In this document: one piece after another, positions 35,796 through 47,290 of the stretch
Numbering within the stretch: position 1 is the first letter of the stretch
Layout of the letters: the number at the start of each line of letters is the position of its first letter
Assembly: GCF_902713615.1 (NCBI RefSeq)
Contig: NC_052149.1
Location: 127,103,256-127,167,255 of the forward strand
DNA from: Scyliorhinus canicula
Taxonomy: Eukaryota
Reading direction: 5' to 3'
DNA: 64,000 bases
Program-made: the position numbers and the translations under genes
The notes under the pieces: model-generated
What the model saw: the letters and a program-made list of their open reading frames with translations, nothing else
Databases searched by the model: none
Told to the model about the DNA's origin: nothing

Positions 35796-36806
35796 GGGAC
35801 CAGAAAGCGCACAGTGTTCGACAGTCAACACATGCAGCCCATGGGGTGGGTAGCTGCTGGCCTCAGTGGCCAGGGCACCCAGCCATAGCGGATGGTATTG
35901 GTGCCAGCCTGTGGTGCAGGGTGGGGGATTGGCACCCTCTGGCTGGAGGGGATAGAGTAACGTGTGTATGGGATGGATGTTGGTGCCTGGGGAATAATGC
36001 TGCTGACTAACCCTCTCCGCACTGTGGAGGTTATGCAGTTTTTTATGGCACTGCAGGCCGCTCCAAATGGTGTTGCTGGTATAGCCTGTACCACCTGCGC
36101 TGGCATGGTGAACGGTGGCGGCTGGCAACCTCCTTCCTGGGCCGGAGTACAGGGTTTCCTGCCTCTCCTCCATGGCGTCCAGGAGGGTCTCAAACTTGCT
36201 GTTGGTGAATCATGATGCTGCTCTCCTCACTGCCATCTTGTTGGCTGGGATGGTGGGTGTGGGGGTGAAGTGTGAATTTACAGCTGCAGCTTGTCAGCCT
36301 CCTGAGTGTCAATCCCAAATCCAGTGAATCCAGCACCACTTCTCAATGGAATCGATTGTGTTCCCATGCAGCCGGTGTTCGCTCCTCAATGTTTGTTCAA
36401 TCGATCCAGGTGCAGCGCCAGTTTTGTTGTTATAGAAGTCCACGAATCCCGACCCAGCGTCAACGCTGAGGGAGCCAATCACCAGAAAGATTTCGAAGTG
36501 TGGTAGTGAGCGGGAACCGCCGCGAGCTTCCCCGTGCACAGCCCAGTGAGGCCGGCAACGCTAATCAACATTAATTAGTCCACGTAACGAGGCCCCAAAG
36601 GGCTTCTCGCCACAAAAGTAGGCTCGCCAGCTGATTCTCCAGCAACGCACTCGCCAGACCCCGCTAACAAGAGACACTTAAACAGCACTCGCTCAGCCAA
36701 CCCCAGTCAGCTCACAACAATGGCACTGAGGAGGCCGGGCCCAAGATTCGGGGACGCAGATCTGGAGAGGCTCCTAGATACAGTGTAGGCCAGGAGAGCT
36801 GTCCTG

Positions 36807-39800
36807 TGTGGTGGTATGAATGTGAGCACTGCCATTGGTTCAGAGCATGGGTTTCCCATTGGCTCTAGCTGGTCATGTGCCTCTCGTCCGATTGGCTGGG
36901 ACTAGTCATGTGACTGCTCACCAATTGGTCGAGAGGCAAGTAGACCCCTCCTCTGAGGCGGGGTATAAGTACCCAGAGTTCCCGGTGGTCGGCATTACTC
37001 TATAGTCGACCACCAGGCAAACAACTAGCTGATTAAAGCCACAGTTTGGATCTTAATCGTGTCTCGAGTCCAATTGATGGTACATCAATTTAATCAGCTA
37101 GAATTTTGGAATGGAGCTACGCATCAAGCCTGACTGCCTCCGTACCAGCCCGCATGCTTCAAATGCGCCTGCAATCTTTAAACACTGGCAGGCATGTATT
37201 AATAGTTACCTGATAATTGCAGCCAGCAAGCCAACCAAGGAGCAGAAACTCCACATCCTCCACTCATGCGTGGGCATGGTGGTATATTCAATGATTGAGG
37301 GCGAAAGCAATTGTGATGCGGCCATGGAGATTCTCAAAGGACACTTTCTCCGGCTGGTCAATGAAGTTTACGCACGGCATCTCCTGACGACTAGACAACA
37401 TTTCCCTGGTGAGTCACTCGATGAGTTTTACCAGGCCCTCGCAGCTCTAGGGAGAACGTGCGCATGTCTCCAAGTTTCGGCGACTGAGCACATGGAACTT
37501 CTAATCAGAGACGCTTACGTGCTGGCTTGCAATCCTCCTCTATCCGCCAACGATTGCTAGAGAAGAACACCCTCAGCCTAGCTGAGGCACGGACTCTGGC
37601 AAGCCTCCCTGGAGGTTGCTGACCTGAATGCCCGCGCATATGCCCCCGGCCGAGCAGCAACCCCCTGGACTTCATGGCACGCGCCACCCCCGTCCTCCGT
37701 GGACCCCGACCCCCCCCCCCCCCCCCCCCCCCAGCCTGCACTGCGGGTCGCTCCGACAAACTAGCGGGGCCCCGCTCAGCTCTGTGCAAGAGCTGCGGGA
37801 AGAAGGGCCACTACGCGGTGGTCTGCCAGACCAAATCGGTCGCTGCTGTTCTGCGCAGCGACCGCGGATCGCCCCCCCCGGGTCCCCCTAGGGCCCAGCG
37901 CTGCGCACCAACCTCTCCGGCCCACCTCCCGGCCCCCGCAACGGCCCCACGGTCCTCCCAACCCTCGCTCCCAGCTGCCCCGACCAGCCCGCAGACGCAG
38001 CTGACACTGCCCTCAGCCGCAACGAGGTTCCCGTGGGCGCCGCCATCTTGGGGCCCCGGCTCCACGTCCGGGTCCTGGGCGCCGCCATCTTGGGCCAACA
38101 CGGAAGGCCCTGCAAGCGATTTCTCTGCCACTGAGGAGGATCTGGAACTCTCAATACGACTTGCTTCCATCAAACTCGACCAGTCGTGACCACGCTCGCT
38201 CGCCAAGACTACGACAACGATCCAGCTCAACGGACACAAAACGAGATGCCTGCTGGACTCCGGGAGCACGGAATGTTTCGTCCACCCTGACACAGTAAGA
38301 CGCTGCGCGCTCCCCATCCATCCAGTTAAGCATAAGATTGAATTGGCCTCGGGTTCGCACTCCGTCTAAATCACCGGGTGCTGCATAGCGGACCTCACGG
38401 TCCAGGGGAGGAATTTCAAAAACTTCAAACTCCTCATCCTCGCCCGTTTATGCGCTCCGGCACTCTTGGGCCTGGATTTCCAGTGCAACCTGCAGAGCTT
38501 CCAATTCGGCGGCCCTATTCCCCCTCTTTGCAGCCTCGCATCCCTCAAAGTGGACCCCCCTTCCTTGTTTGCTAATCTCACCCCAGATAGTAAACCTGTC
38601 GCCACTAGGAGCAGACGATACAGTGCCCAGGACCAGACCTTCATCGGGTCCGAGGTCCAGAGGCTCCTTAAGGAAGGAGTTATCGAGGCCAGCAACCATC
38701 CCTGGCGAGCCCAGTGTTGGTAGTTCGGACTGGGGAGAAAAACCGGATGGTCATTGATTACAGTCAGACCATCAACAGGTTTACGCAGCTGGACGCGTAT
38801 CCTCTCCCCCGTATTTCCGACCTGGTTGAAAGGATCGCGAAGTACAAAGTCTTCTCCACGGTGGACCTTAAGTCCGCCTACCACCAGCTCCCCCTCCGCG
38901 CGAGTGACCGAAAGTACACCGCGTTTGAGGCAGATGGGCGCCTCTACCACTTCCTCAGGGTTCCATTCGGTGTCACAAATGGAGTCTCTGTCTTCCAACG
39001 GGAGATGGACCGAATGGTCGACAAGCACGGTTTACGGGCCACCTTCCCGTATCTCGATAACGTCACCATCTGCGGCCACGACCAGCAGGACCACGACATC
39101 AACCTCCAAAAATTCACCGTACCGCAAAACCCCTTAACCTCACTTACAATAAGGATAAGTGCATGTTTAGCACCGACTGTCTAGCCATCCTTGGCTACGT
39201 AGTGCGTAACGGAGTGATAGGCCCCGATCCCGAACGCATGCGCTCCCTGATGGAGCTCCCCCTCCCCAACTCCCTCAAACGCTGCCTGGGCTTCTTCTCA
39301 TATTATGCCCAGTGGGTCCCCAACTACGCCGACAAAGCCCGCCCCCTCATCTAGTTCACCTCCTTTCCCCTGTCGATGGAGGCCCGCCGGGCCTTTAGCC
39401 GCATCAAAGCGGATATCGCAAAGGCCACGATGCATGCTATCGACGAGTCCCTCCCATTCCAGGTCGAGAGCGACGCATCAGACGTAGCTCTGGCGGCCAC
39501 CCTGAACCAAGCGGGCAGACCCGTGGCCTTCTTTTCACGAACCCGCCACGCTTTTGAAATCCGCCATTCCTCGGTGGAAAAGGAGGCACAGGCCATAGTC
39601 GAAGCTGTGCAACATTGGAGGCACTATCTGGCCAGCAGGAGGTTTACCCTCCTCACAGACCAACGGTCAGTAGCTTTCATGTTCGACAATGCACAGAGGG
39701 GCAAGATCAAGAACGACAAGATCTTGCGGTGGCGGATCGAGTTGTCCACGTACAACTACGACATCTTGTATCGTCCTGGGAGGCTCAACGAGCCTTCCGA

Positions 39801-41429
39801 TGCCCTATCCCACGGTACCTGCGCCAGCGCGCAGATCGACTGCCTCCGCTCCCTCCACACGGAGGTTTTTACCATTTTATTAAGACCCACAACCTGCCCT
39901 ACTCCGTTGAGGAAGTCAGGACCGTCACCAGGGACTGCCACGTCTGCGCCGAGTGCAAACCGCACTTCTACCGCCCCGAACGAGCGCATCTGATCAAGGC
40001 ATCCCGCCCCTTTGAACGTCTCAGTATAGACTTCAAGGGTCCCCTCCCCTCCAACAACCGTAACACATATTTCTTGAGTGTCATCGACGAATACTCCCGC
40101 TTCCATTTCGCCATTCCCTGTCCCGACATGACCACAACAACCGTCATAAAGTCCCTCCTATCCATCTTCTCCCTGTTCGGTTACCCCACGTCCATCCACA
40201 GCGACCGGGGGTCCTCCTTTATGAGTGACAAACTGCGTCAGTTCCTGCTCAGCAGGGGCATAGCCTCTAGCAGGACAATCAGTTATAACCCCCGGGGTAA
40301 CGGTCAGGACGAGCGGGAGAATGGCACCATTTGGAAGATCATCCTGCTGGCCCTACGGTCCAGAGATCTCCCTATTCCCCGTTGTCAAGAGGTCATCCCC
40401 GACGCCCTGCATTCAATTCGGTCTCTCCTCTGTACCACCACTAATCAAACACCTCATGAACGTCTTCTTGTTTTCCCTAGGAAGTCGTCCTCAGGATCCC
40501 CTCTCCCGACCTGGCTGGCCACCCCCGGGTCCATATTGCTCCAGAAGCATGTGCGGGTGCACAAGTCCGACCCGTTGGTTGAGCAAGTCCAGTTACTCCA
40601 CGCCAACCTGCAGTACGCGTACGTGGAGTATCCCGACGGTCGGCAGGATATGGTCTCGCTTCGGGACCTGGCACCCGCCAGCGTGCGGCCTTCTCCCCCT
40701 ACATCAACACCTCCCCCCCAACCCCAATTCCCCCCAGCACCTCCTACGCCCCCACGATCCAGTGCACAGACCCCACCTTCCCCGATCACAGCGTCTCCAC
40801 CACCGGCCCGGGGTACGGAGACACATCTACGACCAACGTTCCCGGAGGCAAGGACGACCATCGGCCCAACGTCACCAGCTCCACTGCGATGGTCCACCAG
40901 AACACCACGGGCACCCGACAGGCTGATCGTGTCCATCTGATGCAACCATGGGACGTTTTGGACTTTGTTGTTATTCTGTTGCACCTTAAGTAGTAGTAGT
41001 ATTGGTTTGTTTTGCCACGAGCCAGTGGGCATCCCACCTTTCTCGATTTTCGATGCTCATACCACCAGTCCTCGGAGCCCCCCACCCACCCACCCTCTCT
41101 CTTCCACTTACACCCCCCCCCCCGCCTTCTTTCTCCACAAGGGGTGAATGTGGTGGTATAAATGTGAGCACTGCCATTGGTGCAGAGCATGGGTTTCCCA
41201 TTGTCTCTAGCTGGTCATGTGCCTCTCGTGCGATTGGCTGGGACTAGTCATGTGACTGCTCACCAATTGGTCGAGAGGCAAGTAGACCCCGCCTCCGAGG
41301 CGGGGTATAAGTACCCAGAGCTCCCGGAGGTCGGCCTTACTCAGTCGTCGACCACCGGGCTAACAACTAGCCACAAAAAGCCACAGTCTGGATCTTAATC
41401 GTGTCTCGAGTCAAATTGATGGTACATCA
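36807..41429 (+). mobile_element. Full-length (4623 bp) Gypsy-type LTR retrotransposon (copy 3), decayed
   Basis: 281-bp LTRs 36807-37087 and 41149-41429 (about 21 differences); 5-bp TSD TCCTG; gag from ATG 37111 with a CCHC knuckle (CKSCGKKGHYAVVC), PR LLDSGS, RT, RNase H and integrase, with frameshifts and stops. Confidence 0.97.
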
Positions 41430-41809
41430 TCCTGTTCCCCCGAGGGTCCTGGAGGAAGAGCCACAGCCGGTGCTGCCTGGGATGAGGTGCGGTGACTATG
41501 AGCGGCGGGAGTGTGACCAGGAGGACTGGCTTCCAGTGCCGTAAATAGGTCAACGATCTACACCGGACAGCAGGAGTGAGTAGACAACAACCCCGCCCCC
41601 TCTCCCCCGCCCACCCATGAGAACCTGTGGCACCCAACCTGTTGAGGGGAGTTGGGGGCTTCACCCCCAACTCCCCTCAAGCTCCCAACACTTCCTTCAC
41701 AACCCCGCCCACCATTGTGAACCACGCGTGTGGCAAATGTTATCCTCTCTGTGTGGGGCAACACGGCAGCACCGTGGGTTAGCACTGTTGCATCACAGCG
41801 CTAGGGTTC

Positions 41810-42563
41810 TGTCATAATATACATCTATGCATATAATGGAGTGCAGACAGGCAGTGATTGACACACAGGATGACCAGTAAGCACACAGAACACAGCAGCC
41901 AATCACCAGACAGGGCACTACCACTATAAGGGCAGCACAGTAGCCCTGTGGATAGCACAATTGCTTTACAGCTCCAGGGTCCCAGGTTCGATTCCGGCTT
42001 GGGTCACTGTCTGTGTGGAGTCTGCACATCCTCCCCGTGTGTGCGAGGGTTTTCTCCGGGTGCTCCGGATTCCTCCCACAGTCCTAAGATGTGCGGGTTC
42101 GGTGGATTGGCCTTTAGTGTCCTTAATGTCCAAAATTGCCCTTAGTGTTGGGTGGGGTTACTGGGTTATGGGGATAAAGTGGAGGTGTTGACCTTGGGTA
42201 GGGTGCTCTTTCCAAGAGCCGGTGCAGACTCGATGGGCTAAATGGCCTCCTTCTGCACTGTAAATTCTATCTATAATAAAGCCACAGAGCACCAGTATTC
42301 CCGCTCTCTCGGGATCCAGCCTCTGAGACAGTCAGAGTTCGTGAGCAGCAGCCAGTGTAAACACCATGTGGTAGTCAGTAAGTCTGGTCAGGCTAGCATC
42401 AGGTCTGCAGTCAAGTCAGCATCGTGTCAACCCACAGTTGAACATGTATAATAGTTTAGATGTTAAATAAAATTGTGTTGCATCTCATCAAGTGTTGGAA
42501 GTCTGTCTCTTGCCACACTGCATCAAGTGCAGTCCACATTGACCGAGCCTGCCCAGCACATCA
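41810..42563 (+). mobile_element. Solo LTR inserted in a SINE and itself carrying a V-SINE (about 41931-42262)
   Basis: TGTCATAAT...CACATCA; TSD GGTTC/GGTCC; TATA-like CTATAA split by the SINE; AATAAA at about 42467. Confidence 0.75.
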
Positions 42564-45500
42564 GGTCCCAGGTTCGATTCCTGGCTTGGGTCACTGTGCG
42601 GATTCTGCACATTCTCCCCGTGTCTGCATGGGTTTCCTCCGGGTGCTCCGGTTTCCTCCCACAAGTCCCGAAAGACGTGCTGTTAGGTAATTTGGATATT
42701 CTGAAATCCCCTTCTGTGACCCAAACAGGTGTCAGAGTGTGGTGACTTGGGGGTTTTCACAGTAACTTCATTGCAGTGTTAATGTAAGCCTACTTGTGAC
42801 AATAAAGATTAATATTTGTTGTTATTTTGTTATTTGTCTCCTCAGGAGAAGCTCTCCCACAATCGTCGGGAGAGGGCCCAGACTGGCGATGGAGTGCCGG
42901 ACATTAGAATCCTCAACTCCTTCGAGGAGCGAGCCCTGGAGGTGACTGGGGTGGCCGTGGACAGACCGATCACCTACGTGGAGGCTGGCTGACGCTGCAG
43001 AGGTGAGGATCCACTGGGCTCCACCCTGGGGACCTGTTACAAGTGAGTTGTTATTATTTTACTGACTGACCCATCCTTCCCACTGACCACATGTCCATTC
43101 TCCCGTAGGTCCTCCAGCCGACAGTGCCGGCCCATCCCAGGCGGGCTCTGTTCCAGCCTCCCAGTAGAACATCTCGGAGAAGACCTCCGAGGATGCCACG
43201 ATCTGGGTGTCACAGCTGTCATCCCCACCCTCCATCAGCACAGATACACACACCTCGCTGGGAAATGTCAGAGGTCAGGCTTCTGGGGCCCAATCTGGTG
43301 AGAACCGCACTGCTGCTGATGGACATCAGGTGGAGGCAGGAACCCCCCAGGCCAGACAGCAGTCGGAGGGCTGCTGGATCCCAGGACCCAGCTGGGCCCC
43401 AGCCTGATGCTGAGCCTGTGGAAGAGGTATTCCCGGAGCTGACGGAGACAATAGGAAGCGGTCAATACAATCTGAGGGAGATGTCAGTGGCATTCCAGCA
43501 GACCCATAGCCACTTGGAGGAGTCCCAGAGGCTACGGGCACAGGAGATGTCGGCAGCAATGCATGGCACCGAGACCAACTCTGCTAGGGTGGCGTCCGCA
43601 GTGGAGAGCTTGGTGTATGACATCAGCACCATGAGTGAAGGTGTCCAATGCATCGCACAGTCAGTGACGGCCATGACTGAGTGTCTTGGCAGAATGTCCG
43701 ACTCGTTGGGAGATGTCACCCAGCACCAGGCCGACTTGATGGGGTGCTGAGGGGCATGTCCCGCTCTCAGATGGGAATGGCCAAGGCGCTGCGGAGCTTG
43801 TACCAGTCAGGGGTGGGCATGGCTGAGACACTGCAGAGCACGGCCTGGTTAATCAGGAGCATCGCCAAGGGCATCAACACGATGGTACAGACATTGGGAA
43901 CTGCCAGGCTGGCAGAGCCAGATGAAGCAGGGGCAGCCGGGGTCTGAACCAGCTGCCCCTCCATTCCAAGGTGAACCCCAGGTCCTATGGGCACCGACCG
44001 GGAGGAGGGAGCGCTGGGTGCCAACCCACACCTGTCCCATGGTGTGGGGATGGCAGCAACCAGCTCCCCCAAGTTTCACTCCGCATCTCACAGTGAGCAC
44101 CCAGGACAGGCTGGCATGGCCGTGCCATGGACAGGTGAGCTGGGACCCTCCCGCCCCAGAGCCTACAGAGGATTCCCGCCAGGGGCATTGAATGCCGCGG
44201 GAAGTGGGAAGCAGCTGGCTGCCTTCAGCTGTGATGTACATCCTGTGGAGACACCTAGACATAGCAGCAGAGCTTGGAAGGTTAAACACATCGAAAATCA
44301 TAGAGGGCACTGGGGGAGGTGGGGGGGGGGGGGTGGTTGGTAAGTAGGGGGTGAGGGAGGGGGTGGGGGGTGAGGGGGTGGTGCAATTGGGAGATTGGGG
44401 AATTGTGCAACACATTAAATATCCTTGAGCAGAACCAGTATTACGCCTCTGTCACTTTCTTCCGCAATGCGGGCCGACCTTGTCCCATTTCACCAAGCAT
44501 CTCTCCCCGCCCCCGGGCACACCGCGTGCAGGTGCTGGGTGTGAGCAGGAACTCAGCAGACAGGCAGGGGTCAGACTGGCATAGATTGAGGAACACTGGC
44601 ACTCAGCTCTCTGCGGGTTATCACCACCACCCCCTGCCCTCGGCAGTGACCCGCTGACAGTGCCAATACAGTCCCAGCACCCTGGAATGATGTGACACAT
44701 ACCCTGGGAGGGTGGGAAATGGGGAGTTGGTAAGGTTTCGACAACAGACCAGGCCACGTCTGATGTGAATTGGGCCAGTATGAGGGCCTCCCTGGCTCCC
44801 CGGGCTTGCCAGGCCCTCACCACTGCCACCTGTCATCCAGCCTCCAGCTGGGCCTTAGGTTAACCATGGCCTTGTCCTCCAGCCCCTGCTGCTCCGCTAC
44901 TTTCTCATCATTCCCATCCCCATCCCCCTCCTCCTCGGAGGTGGCCACATGTTCCTCATCACCAACCTCCAGTTCGTCGCCCCACCGCTGTGCCAGGTTG
45001 TGAAGGACACAGTAGACCACCACAAAGCGGGTGACCCTCCAGGCGGTGTACTGGAGTGCACCTCCCGAGCAATCGAGGCATTGGAACTGCGTCTTGAAGA
45101 GTCCGCTGCACCGCTCAATGACAGCCTGGGTGGCTGCAGGGCCTCATTGTACCGGGTCTCCGTTTCGGTCTCCGGCCTCCACACTGGCATCATTAGCCAG
45201 GTCCTCAGCAGATATCCCTTATCCCCCAATAGCCAGCCGTCCATCCTGGGCTGCTCCTCGAAGAGGTCGGTGATGTCCCCCTGCCCCAGGACACTCCCTG
45301 GGAAGCGGGCACACACGTGTATGATCTTCATGTGGTGGTGGCACACAAGCTGGATGTTGAGGGAGTGGAAACCTTTCTATGAACGTAGGGCACTCCCAGA
45401 TGGCCCGGTGAGCTCAGGGCAACACGCGTACATTCCCCTACCCCTGGACCTTTGGCATCTCGGACATGGCGGTGAATCCTGCTGCACAAGCGTCCTGATT

Positions 45501-46969
45501 GCCGAAGTTCATGTCGAAGTTGATGTAGTTTTCTGCCCGGGCAAACAGGGCATCCATGTCGGATCCAGCTTTGAGCTGTGAGATGCCACACAGGTTCCCA
45601 CTCGAGACCTGGAATGATCCCGTGACATAAACGCTCAGAGCTGCAGTGACCTTGACGGCCACCGGGAATGGATGTCCTCCTTCTCCACGTGATGCCAAGT
45701 CCGCAAGGGCATGGTACAAGTGCCACACCATCTCCTTGATGAGGCGGAGCCTCCTGCAGCACGCCTGTACACCCTGGACCGTCACGGGACTACCCTCTGG
45801 GTCCTTCCCTTGCCTGATGGGCAGGTGGATCCTCAGGGTGTGGGGTGGGTTCCAGTACATGGTCCCCTCCCCATTGCACTCACCCACCCTCCAGCCATGG
45901 ACATGTCTTGGGAGCTGTATCCCATCTCCTGGGTGTTCGGATCTTGGTTGCTGCATGTGTGGTTTTTGAACCGGCAATGTACAGGCACAGTGTCCAGGCA
46001 TCAAGGTATGGTTGGGATGCTGGCAATGACTCCCACCTGCGACATGGCCGCCCACTCACGCAAATCTACTTGGGATGTGTGAAATGGTCACTTAACCACG
46101 ATTGCCATTTCCCGATTAGCAATAGCCACAGCCGCACGGCCAGAGGCCTTGGCAGTCGGTGGGGGTTGTGGGTGGTCGGTGAGGCAGACGGGCAGGAGCT
46201 AGGGTTGTCCCCAGAATGGACACACATGATCCAGGGATTGGCAAGGTGGTGCCCCGCATGGTTGCCTCCTGGTTGCCCCCAACACTTCCCTCCCAACCTC
46301 CCATGGCTGCCCACCCCTGCAGAGGGTCCCCCACCCCCAGCGAGAGTCGCCCCCCCCCACCCTCTTCAGCTGATGGTCCCCCTCCCCCCATCGAGCATTG
46401 GGTTGCCAAACCCTGTACCCCCGGGCTCTTTGCCTGTGAGTAAAGATGGCTACTCCCCTCCTCAGCTCCCCACAGAAGCCCTTCCGCCAGTTTCACCATT
46501 TTTAAAAAGGAACACTAATCGGCGTCAGCGTGGCCACTTGCTGGGGAGTCCAATGAATCACGGGAGGTGGTTGGATATGGGGTGGCTCCCATCTGCAAAT
46601 AGGATTTAAGTGGTGATAATTGGTTTCTCGCCATGCTACGGCGAATTCCCGATTTTGGCAATGGGAGCAGGCCGGTTACATCGCAAACTGTTTGCCGCCT
46701 GGCGCGGTTCTCATTCTCAGCCTCTCCCATTATTTACCGGCTTGGTTTCGCTTGAGCGAGAGTGTGGCAAGGCCGGAGAATCGCGCCCTCAGTCTCAGGA
46801 ACGGAGAATCAAGCCCCATATCTGGGAGGGAGCATCGGGTGAAGCTTCGTGGGTAGACCTTAGGAATAGAAAAGGGGCAGCCACATTGCCCAGTGTTTTT
46901 TTATAGATTCACAGATAATAAATGGGAGATTGAGGAGCAAATATGAACACAATTCACGGAGGTGTGTAA

Positions 46970-47290
46970 AATGGGCAGCCAGGTAGCACAGTAGTTAGCA
47001 CTGTTGCTTCACAGTGCCAGGGTCCCAGGTTCGATTCCAACCTGGTTCATTGTCTGTGTGGAGTCTGCACCTTGTCCCCATGTCTGCGTGGGTTTCCTTC
47101 GGGTGCTCCGGTTTCCTCCCACAAGTCCCGAAAGACGTGCTGTTTGGTAAATTGGACATTCTGAATTCTCCCTCTGACCCGAACAGGTGTCAGAATGTGG
47201 CAACTCGGGGATTTTCACAGTAACTTCATTACAGTGTTAATGTAAGCCTACTTGTGACAATAAAGATTATTAAAAAATAATAATAGGGTA
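46970..47290 (+). mobile_element. V-SINE
   Basis: Head GGGCAGCCAGGTAGCACAGTAGTTAGC, V-domain, tail GTAAGCCTACTTGTGACAATAAAG. Confidence 0.88.

Larger units (their letters stand above)
36470..46788 (-). mobile_element. PIF/Harbinger element B nested near the right end of A: Myb ORF on + (exons about 36720-41573 [split by the LTR element], 42846-43002, from 43111), transposase on - (about 44770-46080)
   Basis: RFGDADLERLLDTV.ARRAVLF Myb motif; transposase peptides CARFPGSV, LLGDKGYLL, TETRYNEA; TIR GGAGAATCGCGCCC at 46775-46788 and a degenerate partner at 36470; flanking TGA/TCA. Confidence 0.72.
26176..46816 (+). mobile_element. PIF/Harbinger element A (degenerate, host to many insertions): transposase on + (about 27786-29400), Myb/SANT ORF on - (exon 36012-36236, last exon about 29760-30569)
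   Basis: Outer TIR-like ends GGGCTGGATTGTCCG (26176) and CGGAGAATCAAGCCC (46816); HARBI1-like peptides CARYPGSVHDA, DRGYPL, RYNAAH, CCVLHN; Myb-like FETLLDAMEERQETLY. The flanking trinucleotides do not match, so the outer ends are provisional. Confidence 0.7.

Noticed and set aside
32180-36173. 1210-aa and 668-aa His/Pro/Thr-rich ORFs
   Set aside because: They are translations of the G/T-rich repeat, whose complementary strand has very few stop codons; there is no domain structure or supporting signal.
26176-46816. The composite having transposed as one 20.6-kb unit
   Set aside because: The flanking trinucleotides differ (GCT vs CAT) and the flanks belong to different repeats (Penelope on the left, CR1 on the right).
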